Shown: piece after piece, positions 1 to 13,968 of the stretch | How the letters are laid out: each line of letters opens with the position of its first letter | Numbering within the stretch: position 1 is the first letter of the stretch | From: Tubiluchus corallicola | Taxonomy: Eukaryota > Animalia > Priapulida | Direction: 5' to 3' | Assembly (NCBI GenBank): GCA_030141605.1 | Contig: JAQGDQ010000053.1 | Span: forward strand, 741,981-805,980 | DNA: 64,000 bases | The notes under the pieces: model-generated | The model's database searches: none | Seen by the model: the letters and a program-made list of their open reading frames with translations, nothing else | What the model was told of the DNA's origin: nothing | Position numbers and translations under genes: made by a program

Positions 1-905
1 GCAAGGCTCTGAAAATAAACACTGGTGCTGTTGTCATTTGGCCAGAAAATTAATATGTACGCCAATAAAATGCTTATAGCAAAAATGTTAGCGAAATTTC
101 CAGAAAAGATTGCATCATTACTGAATGTGCACTGCAGTCTGCTGTGTTGTGACATTTTTTTCTTCCCTATGACTTTGAATGATACCACACGAATTAAAAC
201 TGCTTTTGAAGTGACATGATAAAAATGCTTTTGATGAAAATGGTGGTATTCATGGTGGTGGTAGTTAACAGCAGCAGTGGTGGCGGCAGTGTAAATTATG
301 GGGGGGGGGGGGGTGACAACAGTATGGTGATGGTTCTGATGGTGATGTTGCAAAAGTTGCAGTAATCTGTAGCAGTAACAACTTTTCCCTTAAAATATTC
401 CCCTATACCACCTAGCATGGCGATACAAATTATAGGACAGTAAAGATGTTAAGTGAGCTGAGCTTGTTTGCTTTTCATGGACGACTAAACAACAGCATGA
501 AATTTCACATGAATGATACCGTTGTCCGAGAAGAACATTGGACTGTAAAAGATATGGCACTATGCCACTATATACCATTATAGCATACTAGTACATAGTA
601 TATACCATATATACTTTTTTGATATTTTACTATGCAGTGTAAAAAAACGTTCTAGCAGTACTTCGTGAAGGTCTTGGAGAGAGATCTATAGCTGTTTGGA
701 AAAAGGAAGAACAGGAAGAAATTGCAATGAAAAGTCCCAATGTTGATTCTACTTTATTTGATTTTTTTGTTACTTAATAACTTTTTTAACTTTTTATAAA
801 CTATCAAATATTTATGATAAATGAATTTTGATAGACGTATCTAGAATTTAGTTTTATTTGCCAAATTCAAGTCATTTGTTATGCTATTGTTTTATTATAT
901 TTTAG

Positions 906-3900
906 GTTAAAGGTTTGTTAGTGGATGGGCAAATTTACAATGAATGCCTTTATTATCTTAAAACATATGGAACTCATCTTTCCCTTCTGGCTTTTTACAT
1001 GCGCCATGGTTGTATTCTGATGGCTTTACAATATTTGGTTGAACAAGTATGTGCACTTTTTGTACATTTAATTATGCGTAATAGTTGCATCTTTACTAAA
1101 CTCTATTACAAATGTTAATTATATTGTGTAGTTATATAATAAGAATTTTAAGCAGTTTAGTATTTTCACAGTTTAGTACCTGAGGTAGTTTAAAACAAAA
1201 ATGACATTTAGGATCTTAGTTTTTGGAAATTTCGCTTTTCTAGAACTGCTCAACTGAAATATTTATTGATGGTGTCTTCATTCCGTGCCTTGAGAAAGGT
1301 GATATAGTCAAACTGCAAGAGCAATTACGTGCAGATGATCCTACATTAGAAAAGTGGAGTACTTACTTGACTGCTACTTGTAAATACTTGGATAAAATGC
1401 AGTTGATTCACACTCTATACGATTTTCAACTATTCATGAAGGTAGTTTTTGTAGTTCTGTATGTTAGCGCTATTGTGTAATGTTGCTGGTAGATGTGTTA
1501 ATCATTATCAGTGTTTGTTTTTGTGCATGTGTGACTGTATAAGATTGTTTTAAACTGTAGCTATAAGATATTTTGCTGTTGCATAATGTAAACATACTAA
1601 AGCTTTGAATACCTGGAAGTGATACAGAAAATATCTAAAAACTAAATATCTAATTTTATTTTTTGAGAAGATACTTTACTGTATCATCTTCAGGCATTCA
1701 AAATTTTAGTAGAACATCTACTACTACGTTTACTTTTTAGAGGATGTCAAGTACTTTTAAAAGATGCTATCGAGTATCAACTTTTTGCAGTATATTCAGT
1801 ATGTTCAAATTCAGTAAAATGATTTTGTGATTTCAATAAACTAAAAATTTAATTTTTAATTGCATGTACACCTAATCTGTTGTAAATTTACATGACATGT
1901 TCAGTAAACTTTGTGTGTGATTCAAAAAATTCAGTCAATTTTGACTGCACAAAATTTCTATTTGTGCCTTGTATAAAAAAGTTTGCACCAAATTGACTGC
2001 AGTAGGTTTTGTCATTTGACGAAACATCTCAGCAGTGCGCTACCAGTGTACATATGTAAAACATCTGGAAGCTGGATGCCCAACACCTTTTTTGTAGCAC
2101 CAGGAATGACAGGTTAAATTTAACAGCAAATGAAATTAGAAACGGCTGTAAATAGCAAAGTACCCAATCAAATATTTATAAATACGCAGCAATGCAGGCA
2201 ATGGTGCCCGATAAAGAATCTGCAATATGCAATAATCAAGTACGCTATACTCAAAGCTATTGTGCTAGTTAAATAAATGATGAAATCTCGTTCATTTTTG
2301 TGAGTTTGCATTACTGGTGTGCACCCAATAAACCATGTTCACTATAATGGTGTTATTAATGCGTCTTTATTATGATATTTACTTCCTTTTGTGTTTACTC
2401 AATGGGGCTTTGATGTCTCTTTGCATACAAAATTTGCTTAAGATACATGTAAACGTGGGGCAAAGAAATATAGCAAAAAGTAAATGTGTAATATTTTGCT
2501 GTAAAAATATATTTATATGTCTTGATGCAAACAATGAGAAATTCCCATATTGTCTTATTTTATAGGATTACGTTCGAGCCGCTATTACTTGTATTCGATT
2601 CTACAGAACTGGTGCTAATTCATATACAGAACTGTACAGTCGACTGCCTCATCTTGCCAATGCAACACAGCACCTTGAAACTTATTTTAGAATTCAGAAA
2701 GATTCAAATAGGAATACTGGATCTGGCATGTACTGTGTGTGGGGAGAAGAAAGTAGTGAAGTTCGATTGACATTACCCAAGGGTGAAGTTCATAAGTACG
2801 TTTTGACTTCCATTTGTAACAGATAGAAACAATTTTTTGGGTACAGCAATAGTTACTATTATCGTCTTTGTCTTGTTGCGTAAGTTGACGAAAAGCCTAC
2901 CCATTGATTATTGTTACTATTGAATCTAGCTAAACTACAATGAAAGCTTTTTATTCATTGTAAAATCTGAACTTATTTATGCGAGTTTATTTATTTGTAT
3001 ATTTATTTATTTATTTAGTTGTATAATTTCCGTAGACATACTACTTTGGATTTCCGTAGACATACTAGTTTTTAATTTCCATTTGTTGTTCATGATGAAA
3101 CTCTAAGGATACATTCTTTTTATATTGCGGCATATATAGAGAAATATAAAATTTACCTTATTTACAGTTATCTCATGACAATAAGTTTACAAACTGAAGT
3201 CACCAAATTTCTACAACGATGTGAAAACTTAAGACCATCTGTAGCACAGTATTGGGAAGCTCCTTTACCTACTTTGTTTGGAAATGGCAAAGTTAAGATG
3301 GATGTAGCAATAGCAGTGATGATGGCTGGTAACAGTATTGATGATGGATTTGGGATTGCTTTCAGAATTATACAGGTAATATGACTTTGGTTAGGTAATA
3401 GATAGTGAAAACTCAGAAACGTCTTATATATTGTAGCAGTAGATCACACAATAAACTTTAAGGTTACTGCTAGATCACACAATAAACTTTAAGGTTACTG
3501 CTAGATCACACAATAAACTTTAGGGTTACTGCTAGTTCCATTCGTTTTAACATTTTCATTAGCTACTTATCAGCCCCTGATTTTTAATTTCTCTGCAGGA
3601 AAGTTGAATTTCTCGGGAAACTTTGTTGCTTGACATTAATGCTTAACAATGTTTTTTTTTGTAATTGTTGCCATAATTCTAGTGGTTCATATGACTTATT
3701 ATGTAGCTTTACTTTTGACTTACTGGAATTTTGTCTCAGTGACTAACAAAAGACGTACCATTGTACTTACACACTTAAGTCATTCTATCAGTTCTGTTTT
3801 TGCTTTACACAGTAAGTCGTCTAAAATGTCTTCTAACATCCTTATTTTGTAGGAATTTCGATTGAATTCAACAATTATCTACACACAAGTAGTGAAACGG

Positions 3901-6583
3901 TTAGCGAAAGCACACAAATATAAAGAAATACGACAGTTATTGTCTTGTGTGCAAGACTCTGGTTTGTCGGATAAGCAAAGTTATGATGAAGTCATTGGAG
4001 CCTGTATACGTGTCATTGCTGGAGAGCCTAGTGAGGTAATTACTAATTAGAACTTGCTATGTTAGTTAACAAATGTTAATAAAGTCTTCTAACACATCAA
4101 TACAACCAAAGTAAATTCAACCCTATCGCTATGTACGTACTTTTTAACAGGGCTGCATTGGTTTTTGCACATTTGACAATAACTTCTTGTGGTGTGTTAC
4201 TAAAACAGAATCTTGTAAATAAACAAATAGCCTATTGTTATTAAACACTAATATTGAATATTAGTTTTATTTATACACGTGCACACACACCCAAACAGAT
4301 AAGCACATACTTAGATTTAGAAGCCAATTTATGCAAAAGTCCATATTACTAATCCGTAAAAAATACAATTCTTTTATAAGAATGCACAACAAGTGACTAA
4401 ACACGTTTCACCAACTATCAACAAGCAGTTTTGCATGAAAACATACTATGTAGTACAGTATTATGGAATGCACCTGGGTTCAGATGCTGCTTAGCGTTAC
4501 TTGTTGCAAAGCAACCACAATCCCACGGCTGTTAAACTTTTCTACAATGTTTTTGCATGGCCATAGCAGTGAAATAAACAGACCTGGGTAACTGCACTTA
4601 GTGCTGAGCTCGGGGCGGCACTCTGCCGCCTTCCATCCTTTACAAGAAAAACATAGGCGGCAGTGTGCCGCCTTCTGTAGTGAAAGGATTAAACTGGTAA
4701 ACCTTGGCTCAAATAAAAAGTAAGTGAACATTTAACAACCCTTATTTTCATGTTATTTGACCAAACTTTTAAAAAGTCTAAAGCCATTAAGCTTAGCACA
4801 TTTAGTATTAACCCTAAATGCATTTTCATAAGTGGTATATGTTACGCTTGTGTTGCTTTTTTAGCTTTGTAAAAATACCATGTTTTTTTTGTTTTTCATT
4901 AAAATTACATGGGCATGAATAATTGTTAGAGAATATAGTAAGGTAAAAATTACTTTTTTGTTAAGCAACTTTAGACGAAGCTCTGCAGTTTGTATTTTCA
5001 TATTTCAATATTTTTTGTATTACAGAGCAAAGAAGTAGAAAGCTTTATCAAGATGCTGAAAATTGATACAAATAAGGTAATGATTAAAGCAAAGAATGAA
5101 ATCAAAATGTGATTTATTATAACTTTGGCATGTTTCTTTTTTTGATGTTCTGAAGTTACATAGTATTATTAACAAAAGTGGTTAAGTTATTGAATAATTG
5201 TGATTTCTTTACTTTTTAACAAGTTTTTTTGCAGTACTGTCTACATCTTTAAATAAATCTCGTAAGAGCTCATTTTTCCTGCTGATTATTGTTTTGTAAC
5301 TTACTATTATAGTATATGATTTAGACACTTTGTTATGCTTTTCAGATAAATGCTTATATACTATGCACAAAACTAAAGTCAGCCTATTTAATAGCTGTTA
5401 GAGGAGAAAGAGCTGATGATATTAAGAGAATTGCAGGTATGTAAATGCTTTGGTTTCTTTATTTAAAGGAAAACCAGTTCTCGAACAACATTCATTGTAT
5501 TTGAATGTACACATAAAAATATTGAAATTGCCAGATAATTTACATGCTTAAATTGCTCAAAGCAAAGTGAAATCATTTTCATCTCCCACCATATGAACTT
5601 CACTGTGAGCATATATGAAACAGATGTCGTAAGCTGGTGGACAGCACGAAGACACTTATAACATAAATTCTTCTATTTACTCTGAAATTTCGCTTTTCTA
5701 GCTGACTAAATCTTTGCATTAAACTGTTTATACAAAAATTAGTAGTCGGATCAATTTGCTATAACTTTAACATGCTTATATCGCTTTAGTCCACAAGATT
5801 GTACCTCAAAATGTGCAAGTGGTGCACAATGTAATTACTGATAAGCATGGAACGAGCTGTGAGCATACAGAAGTACTGTGCAATTTGCTTCATTTATAGA
5901 GTTCAGTTTTAGCTTGATAAATAATTATTCTATTACTCTGTCAGCGTTAACTAGCAGTGTTGGAAATCATTATGTTATCATCGGTAACTGGTTTTCATCA
6001 CACAGTGGGCAATTGGATTCATCACAAAGCAAAAACTATACTAATAATCTCTCGTTTGTAGTTTATAATAATTCTGTAGATGCAAAAGAAATTCGCTCAA
6101 GCACCTGGTGGGATAAGTGCTTATAATTTCGTTCAAAATGAGCATACCACACTTAGAATGATTGCGACTTTAATTTGATTTCACTAATCACATAAGGTAC
6201 AATTCAAATTTTATTGCTGAAACTTTCTAGAATTTTTTTCAAATATTAAAATAAGCTAAACTTCCTAAGAGACTTGGCTATAGGTTTTTTGAAGGTGTTG
6301 GATATTTGCCAATGTAAATTTAAAATTTAAAAGTGTAGAGTGTAGTTACAATTGATTTATCATTCAATTAGTCAAAGCAATCACTACGTCATTGCATCAG
6401 CAGTCAGTTGGTTTGTCATTTTCTGCTTATGTATTATAAGAACAATGATTTACAGGGGCTGCTGAAAGAGCAGGACACACAGCAGTGAAAAATATATGCA
6501 CAAAATGGCTAACAGCTTACCATGAGAGGCAAAAAGAACAATTTCAAGCTACAGAAATGACTAGTACCTATTCTAAACGCTGA
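906..6583 (+). CDS. ZFYVE26: Spastizin / zinc finger FYVE domain-containing protein 26, C-terminal exons (5' part lies outside the window)
   Basis: Frame-consistent GT-AG exons 906-1046, 1244-1441, 2566-2795, 3168-3375, 3853-4035, 5026-5076, 5346-5436, 6456-6583 (TGA). The translation IYNECLYYLKTYG..EIFIDGVFIP..DPTLEKWSTYL..FQLFMKDYVRAAITCIRFY..PTLFGN..GFGIAFRIIQEF..KINAYILCTKLKSAYLIAV matches the conserved spastizin C-terminus. Confidence 0.93.
3440..3535. repeat. 31-bp tandem repeat, 3 copies (intronic)
   Basis: Unit tagatcacacaataaactttaaggttactgc at 3440, 3471 and 3502, nearly identical. Confidence 0.95.
4121..4688. mobile_element. Degenerate piggyBac-type (TTAA) MITE
   Basis: Left tcaa|ccctatcgctat versus right gtagtgaaagga|ttaa, i.e. 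an imperfect TIR with a TTAA-like TSD. Two subterminal GGCGGCA-n3-TGCCGCC palindromes at 4614-4630 and 4656-4672. Confidence 0.5.
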
Positions 6584-8473
6584 AGATAAAATTCGTTTTT
6601 AACTTGCTTCAATGTGGTGTGTATTGTATTCAAGTGAATCAGGGTTAATTTTCAGTATATAAACCAAGTGTTTATTGAATTGAGCTAAAATCAAAATGCA
6701 AAATGTAACTGGTCTTTATTATTATTGTTATTAAAGTGTGTTCCAATATGACAAATAGTGGATAGATGTTATTCATATGGGTTACCCCCCAGTTACTTGA
6801 ATAATTCAACCAACATACATACTGCAAATATCGAGTTTGTTAGTAGTCTGCTATATAATTAATTGTTATCTCTAAAATCTGTATTGAGTAGCATTGTGCT
6901 TCACGACTGTTGTAATTTGCTCTCTTCATTATCATAGACACTGCAAGCCATGATATCAATTGGTTGTGTAACTCCAGTGTTAGTTTTAAAAAATTGATTG
7001 TAAATATGTACATACATAACTTAATCATCAATAATTGAAGTTATGATGTGGTATAGTTTTCTATTTTTGTATTTTATGCAGGTAATGTATATAAAATATA
7101 GTATACTACCTCATCAGTTTTCGTAATATTCAGGACTAATGATAATGTGTACATACATAAATAACGAATTTCAAAAGACATCAAAGTTAAATAAAAAAAA
7201 ATCATTCTACAGTACTTTAGCTGATGTCTCCTATTGTTCTTAACATTAGTCTGCAAATACATCAACTTCAAGTAACTATGTAAGTTAATGCCAGAGAAAA
7301 TATATTGGTCAACAGATTATGAAAACTTCTGTTAGTGCTTATGTAAAGATTTATAAAAACTTACTTGGCTGAAGGGTGATAATTTAAAGTATAGTCAGTA
7401 TATGACGAATTAAAATTACTTATTACAGAATATTTCTACCTTCTCAATCTAATCAGTAACATATCAAATAACAGGCTAACTACTAACGTAAGCATCCAGT
7501 ATCATTTGCAGGTTATACATACTGTATCAGTTGTCTTATTTTTAACAAAAATTTTGTTAACTACAGTAGTTCTAGTTGCTAAATCCAGCATAATTCGTGA
7601 ATTAGTTCCTGGAAGCTATTATAAATGTTGTTAGTAAAAAATATCAAAATTTTATTACTCTAGCAGGAAATATGACAAAAATACTGAAACCTATAACATA
7701 AATCAGTGTAACGCATGTATGCAAATACAGAAATCAAAAATTGTTCAAAGCAATAGTAAAGGCAATAACGTGTTATAATAATACTGTGTTAAGAGGGGAC
7801 GATCAGGGAATTACGAAAAAGATCCCTAGGCAGAATCACACCAGATCATTTAGCAGCACTCTAATGAAGATTCTCTGTAACATAAATAATAGTTTGTGTA
7901 ATTGGGGTTAAGTTCTACGACATCAGATACCTACGTTCCAGCATCAATAGCTCTGAAAAATTGACTTATTTATGAAAGTACAGTAAATTATTGTCACTGA
8001 GCTTATTTCTGGTTACCTTTTATAGAGAGTAGATAAATTAATCTCATTTTCTTAACTGCTAACCAACCTTTAAAATGGCTGCAACTAATGTAAGTTCCAG
8101 ATCACTACAAAAAATATCAGCTTCGTAATAAGATAATGTGCAAACAAAAGAAATTTTAAAGCAAGGTTTGGAGCTGCATGTGAAAATTCGCTGATTTTAC
8201 CCTTTAACACAATAACTACACACAACTTTTGACTGTAAATTACAAGCAAATGAAATCTTAAACTATTTGACATTACTCAATTCGACATTAATTTGGTAAG
8301 TCTAGTTTAATGCACCGAGCTAGAAATTCAGATATATTTTAAACAAGGTTTTTACAAATTAGAGTATATCAGCATTATATAAGAATAACTGCACAAACTT
8401 GTTGAAGTGTAACAAAAATACTTTAAATTCAAAAGAAAACACTGAATATAAACTATTGAAAGCAGCTAAAGTT

Positions 8474-11272
8474 TCAATGTATTCCTTCCATTTTATTTAA
8501 CCATCGAGCAGCCAAGTTTTTGATGTACGAATTTTCCTGTTGCACAATATCTTGTTTTAGTTGCTCAAACTCAGATTGCAGTTGATCATCTGTTTTTCCT
8601 TCAACAGATAACTCCTTGACTTTGGTCAGAAATTCTTTGATTAACAGTTCCCCTTCTTTTTTCGCTATGTTTTCATCTTTCTCTACATCTGCATTAGTGT
8701 CACTACTACTAGGACTTTCATAATCTTCTAGTTCATCTGCCTTTCTTTTGGCAAACTGAATGACATGTTTTGGAAAATAAGCTAGCTCGGCGACGTGTAT
8801 ACCAAAACTTTGGTCACACACTCCAGGCTTAACTTTATAAAGCAAAGTAAATGTCTCATCTGATGTTAGTGCAGTTACATGCAAATTGTTAACACATGGA
8901 ACTTCTTCGGCTAATGCTGTGAGCTCATGAAAATGTGTTGCAAACATTGTAAAACATTGAATTTGTTTTGCAATATACTCTGATATACCCCAAGCCAAGC
9001 CAAAGCCATCATAGGTCGATGTTCCTCTGCCAAGCTCATCTATAATAATTAGCGAGTCTTTTGTAGCAGCTCTAAGTATCGATGCTGTTTCCACCATTTC
9101 TGACATAAACGTTGACACTCCTTTAAGTTGGCTATCTCCTGCACCTACACGTGCCATAATTGCATCTACAATAGAAATTTCAGCAGATGTGCATGGAACA
9201 TAACAACCAAGTTGTGCGAGTAAAACAACAGTGCCAACTGACCTGATGTAGGTAGACTTTCCACCCATGTTAGGACCAGTTATAATATGAAACATGTGCG
9301 TGTTTCTGTCAAAATCTATACTGTTTGGAATAAAAGCTACATCATCTTGCATTTCCACACATGGATGACGTGCGTCCTTTAGTGTTAAAATACCCGAGCC
9401 TTTTTCTAATATTGTTGGTCGAACATAAGCTGATGGTGCACTTACAGCTGCATGAGCAAAACTAACCAAAACATCCAACTGTGCTAGAATATCATTCATC
9501 TGCACCATAGGATCTGCATATCCAGCAGCTATTTCTACAATTTCTGAAACCAAGGCTTTCTGTTGTATTGTGTAATCATTTTTTGTTTGCATCCAGTCTT
9601 CATTCAGTTTACGCAGTAATGATGTGTTAAATCGAACTCCACTGTTCTTCGTGTCAATTATTGAGTAGTTTCTATTATTACGGAGGACTTTCTCATCTTT
9701 CCTTGTAACTCTGAATGAATAGCCCAGCTGGTGACTGCTCTCTAACTTGATGTTTTTGTGTGCCTCTAAACCCAAGTCTGTTGCTGCCTTCTTCAGCAAT
9801 ACTTTCATTTCATCTTCCAATTCGTCTAATTTGTCCCTCAAGGTTTGTAAATCTTCATCAAAATCTGGACGAATTAGATATTCATGATTTTCAATTTGCT
9901 TCAAATCTAAAGTCGTTTCGATCATGTCCTGAAATTTGGCGAAATCCGTTAATAACTCTTTCAAAGGGTTAGTGTAAATTTCCATCAGTAACTGCCTGTT
10001 TGATCCAGAGTGTTTCTGTAGCACCTCCAAAAGCAAAGGCGCCCGTGCAACAGCTGTGTAAATCTTGTAACAATCTTGTAAAGTTGCATGTTTTTTCCGA
10101 AATTTTTTTGTAAGTCGCTGAAAATCTGGTATTTTACGCAGATGGTCTTGTTCTAGCGACTGTCGCAGCTCAACATCTTCAATGAAGGCTGTAACTATGT
10201 TCAGTCGCTCTTCAATTTTATTTTTGTCTATCAGTGGCTGTTTGATCCATTCTGCTAAAAGTCGGCGACCTTGCGCTGTTTTGCAATAATCTAAAAGACC
10301 TAATATACTAGTAAACTTGTTACTCAATTCATCAGCAGTTGGAAGCAAATTAAGCGCTCTCAGTGCTGCAGCATCCAATCTCACGTATTGGCCAATATCA
10401 AATAAATGCAAACTATATGCACCAAAATTTTCTTCATTTTGCATAAGTTCCAAATATTTTATCAATGCTGCAATACCGCACATTGCCACTCGTTTTTCTT
10501 GCTCTAGCAAGATACTACTATTAGTCTGTTCGCCTTTCTTAAATTTTAGCAGTCTATTTAAATCCTGTGCATTGTCTTTATCATTAAAACAGCCCTTTTT
10601 TTGGCATGTTACCAAAACACCACTTCTCTCCAAAACTTGTTTAATAGACACATACTGTTGTGTGCTGTCGCTTGGAAGCAAACATTCTTTTGGATCAAGT
10701 TGAATAATTAGTGCTTCAAAGTTACAGTACTTTTCATTGTCCACAAATTCGCACACACCCATTCGTTTCAATGTTGCGTCAACATATCCAACACCAACTG
10801 TTGTTTGACCATTTATTACCAATATTTTTACTGCAGCTATGTTTGCAGAATCCGACATATCACTATTAGCAAACAGCACATCTTCAAACTGAGACAGGTT
10901 ACCCGGAGATGCTTTAAATTCCACTGACCAATCATTTTGTTTCCCCGAACCTTTATTTTTATACAGCTCTACTCTGTATTGCCGAATGAGCAATAACTCC
11001 CTCACAAGTTGCTCAAACTGAGATTTATTTACTACTAAAGATTCCACTTGTTGGCTTTCTCTGTTTTTTCCGAGATATTTAACTCGGACCATCGACTTGT
11101 ATATTTCTTTTGCAACAAACACTGCATCCTCTCCATGAACTGTGTAATAATCGCTCCTATCAAAAATTCGGATAGTGGTACTTGGCTTTTCCGGTAATTT
11201 TCTATAAAATGTAAGAAATCCATCTGTAACTGAAACATCCAAATCAACTGAAATTTTATTATCACCAGCCAT
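8474..11272 (-). CDS. MSH2: DNA mismatch repair protein MSH2 (MutS homolog 2), single exon, 932 aa
   Basis: Uninterrupted ORF with MSH2-specific N-terminus ([25 protein letters not shown]; [12 protein letters not shown]), Walker [59 protein letters not shown]. Confidence 0.99.
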   Translation of the reverse strand: MAGDNKISVDLDVSVTDGFLTFYRKLPEKPSTTIRIFDRSDYYTVHGEDAVFVAKEIYKSMVRVKYLGKNRESQQVESLVVNKSQFEQLVRELLLIRQYRVELYKNKGSGKQNDWSVEFKASPGNLSQFEDVLFANSDMSDSANIAAVKILVINGQTTVGVGYVDATLKRMGVCEFVDNEKYCNFEALIIQLDPKECLLPSDSTQQYVSIKQVLERSGVLVTCQKKGCFNDKDNAQDLNRLLKFKKGEQTNSSILLEQEKRVAMCGIAALIKYLELMQNEENFGAYSLHLFDIGQYVRLDAAALRALNLLPTADELSNKFTSILGLLDYCKTAQGRRLLAEWIKQPLIDKNKIEERLNIVTAFIEDVELRQSLEQDHLRKIPDFQRLTKKFRKKHATLQDCYKIYTAVARAPLLLEVLQKHSGSNRQLLMEIYTNPLKELLTDFAKFQDMIETTLDLKQIENHEYLIRPDFDEDLQTLRDKLDELEDEMKVLLKKAATDLGLEAHKNIKLESSHQLGYSFRVTRKDEKVLRNNRNYSIIDTKNSGVRFNTSLLRKLNEDWMQTKNDYTIQQKALVSEIVEIAAGYADPMVQMNDILAQLDVLVSFAHAAVSAPSAYVRPTILEKGSGILTLKDARHPCVEMQDDVAFIPNSIDFDRNTHMFHIITGPNMGGKSTYIRSVGTVVLLAQLGCYVPCTSAEISIVDAIMARVGAGDSQLKGVSTFMSEMVETASILRAATKDSLIIIDELGRGTSTYDGFGLAWGISEYIAKQIQCFTMFATHFHELTALAEEVPCVNNLHVTALTSDETFTLLYKVKPGVCDQSFGIHVAELAYFPKHVIQFAKRKADELEDYESPSSSDTNADVEKDENIAKKEGELLIKEFLTKVKELSVEGKTDDQLQSEFEQLKQDIVQQENSYIKNLAARWLNKMEGIH

Positions 11273-11286
11273 GCTGTTTATGGTAT

Positions 11287-11294
11287 TTTCGCGC
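11287..11294. promoter_or_regulatory. E2F-type site just upstream of the MSH2 ATG
   Basis: TTTCGCGC equals the E2F consensus TTTSSCGC, 15 bp from the ATG, in a small CpG patch. MSH2 is a known E2F/S-phase gene. Confidence 0.55.
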
Positions 11295-11349
11295 GTTTTA
11301 GCTGCGCCGATGATGTCATTTATTTATTTTCACTTTACATTTATTGCAC

Positions 11350-13850
11350 ACACTCAACGTGATCATAAGTTGAGAAGATTTCTCTTGCAGTAACATGCAA
11401 CAACTGTTGATAGACCAAAGAAGCCATTAAACTGAACACAGTTTATGCAATAGATACCTTTCCAAGCTTCACATAGAGTATCATTAAAAAGACTGATTTG
11501 CCCAATTTAGATCATCTCAGTGACCTCTCATTCCCTCATGTAGACTTTAACTGCGCCATGCATCCCATTGGACAGGATGTACCAGTTGCTGTGGTACCTC
11601 TTGAAGTGAGGATAGGTTCCTCGCCAATGGATCCTTATGCCATCAGAACTGCACTTGTATGAACTCTAAATGGGTGCATATGGGGTGGCAGCCAATCACT
11701 ATGTTACATAGCCAATTATGCTCACGTTGACATAAACGAAGATCACAGACTGTCAACACAGGTTGAAAATTTTGGAGATTGGAGAGATGCGTCAATGACA
11801 CTGATCTGGGAATGCAGATAACCACAATCAATTAGCCGTTCCCTTTACGGAGCACGATCTAAATTTGGAGGATAGTCGACCAATGGCTGAATCCAGATTA
11901 CCAAGTTTGAAGACCAGGCTTTTTAAGCATCCAGAACTGCACAAGAAGTATTCAGCAAACATCTCCAACCTGTTAGCTAGTGGATATGCTGAGGAAGTTG
12001 ATGAAGATTCAGGCATCATGGGGAAGATATGGTATATCCTTCATTTCCCAGTTTTTAATGTCAACAAGCCAGATAAAACTTCGACTGCAGGGCCAAGTTT
12101 AATGGAGCCTGACTTAACGACATTGTCTTGCAGGGTCCTGATTTGACTAGCAAGCTCATAGGAGTTCTTATATGCTTTTGTCTGGAGGATGTCGCTGCCA
12201 TGGAAGATACTGAAGCCATGTTTTACCAGGTCCGTGTCAGGCCCGAAGACAGAGATGCTCTGAGATTCTTATAGTGGAAAGACGGAAATCTGGAAGACAC
12301 TATAAAAGTTTATCGGATGACATTTCATCTCTTTGGAGATGTATGGTCTCCCAGTATCTCTTCCTTTACCTTTGGCCACACAGCCGCTGACAATGAAGAC
12401 AAGTACGACAAAGAAATAACCCAGTCTATTGAAGGGAACTTTTACGTCGATGATTTTTTAAAGTCAATTGATACTGGGATGCTGCTTCCAACGTAGTTCA
12501 GCAAATGACTTCACTGTTAGCTGAAAGTGGTTTCAACCTTACCAAATGGCTGAGCAACAAGAAAGTTCTGGAAAGCATACCAGCAGAGAAATGTGGAAAA
12601 TCGGTCAAAGCCTAGGATTTGCATTACGATAATTTACCTAGAGTGAAAGTCTTAGGAGTCGAGTGGCACATGCACAGAGACGTTTTTTGTGTTAAAATCA
12701 AGCTCAAGTAGAAACCCTACACTAGAACAGGAATGTTGAGCATTTTATTCTCAGTGAAAGATCCCCTTGGCTTCTTATCTCCCTTCGTTTTTTGAGGAAA
12801 ACTTCTCTTTCAGGAAGCCACTGTGCTTCTCAGGAAGTCTTGGGATGATAAATTGGACAGTGGTATCCAAGAAAGATGGCAGTGTTGGCTGGATGATTTG
12901 CCAATCTTGGAAAAACTAGATGTCCGAAGATGCATTAAGTCAGCTGATTTTGGAAAATACATAAACTTTCAGCTTCATCACATTTGTGATGCTTCACCTC
13001 AAAGTTACGAAACTCTTTGATACATCTGGGCAGAAAACTATAATAGTGATGTATGCTGCATGTTTCTAACAGTAAAATCTCGTCTCGCCCCTGCAAAGGG
13101 AATGACAGTCCCACAGCTCGAACTATCTGGTACAACTTTGGCTGCAAAAATGGATTATATGCTGCAGAGTGAACTGGATTTCGATATAGTTAGCTCGTTC
13201 TTCTGGAGGGATAGCCTAATTGTACTGCAGTACTTGACTAATGATACAAAGCGTTTGCATACCTTTGTGAACAATAGGGTGTCGTATATGCTGCAAAAAT
13301 CATCTCCTGAGCAATGGAGACATGTCACTTCAAATCAGAATCTTGCTGATGATGACAGTAGAGGTTTAGATGCAAATAGTCTGCTAGCATTCAGCAGATG
13401 GATCAATGGACCAAGTTTTCTTCTTTCTTCTGAAATGCGCGAGTAAGTGGCCCAGCTTAGATCTCTCAAAATAGGAAGATCTCCTTAAAAATGACAGCGA
13501 GGTAAAGAAATTTGTAGAAGTCATCTTGGTGCAATCTGGCCAAGACATGTTGAACCCAATAAACAAAATGGTGGGTCACTTCTCATCATCAATCAAATTC
13601 ACCAGGGCAGTCACTTGGATGCTGCGATTCAAACACATTTTATGGGCCAAGGTCACTAACAAGACTTTACTTCTTTCTCTGAACTTGTCAATGTCAGAGA
13701 TCAATGATGCACATAATGAAATTGTAAGGACTCTACAGAAGCTGCATTTTACTGATGAGTATGAAGCTTTGTCATAAGGACAACTGATAGCCAAATCCAG
13801 TTGCCTAGATGAGCTTGACTCGGTTTTGTCTGACTTTGGGCGTCATGAAG
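11350..13850 (+). mobile_element. Decayed BEL/Pao LTR retrotransposon pol fragment (protease tail, RT, RNase H/A17)
   Basis: Broken frames give [100 protein letters not shown]. Many stops and frameshifts; no LTRs seen. Confidence 0.92.
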
Positions 13851-13968
13851 TAGTAGTCTCTCACAAGAGGAATACAAACAATGGGTATTAGTGCAGAACA
13901 ATTTATTGCATCAAAGTGTAACTGTTAAGTCAACTGAGAAGCTGTCGTGCTCAATGCCCACCAATATC

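Noticed and set aside
640-780. Purine-rich open stretch (NVLAVLREGLGERSIAVWKKEEQEE) as a ZFYVE26 exon
   Set aside because: No convincing acceptor/donor pair in frame and no recognisable similarity to spastizin.
5463-6000. Kolobok-like terminus ttaaaggaaaaccag
   Set aside because: Only a partial inverted match near 5985 without a TTAA TSD, so boundaries could not be fixed.
9760-10703. Plus-strand ORFs of 70 and 128 aa
   Set aside because: Antisense shadows of the MSH2 coding sequence.
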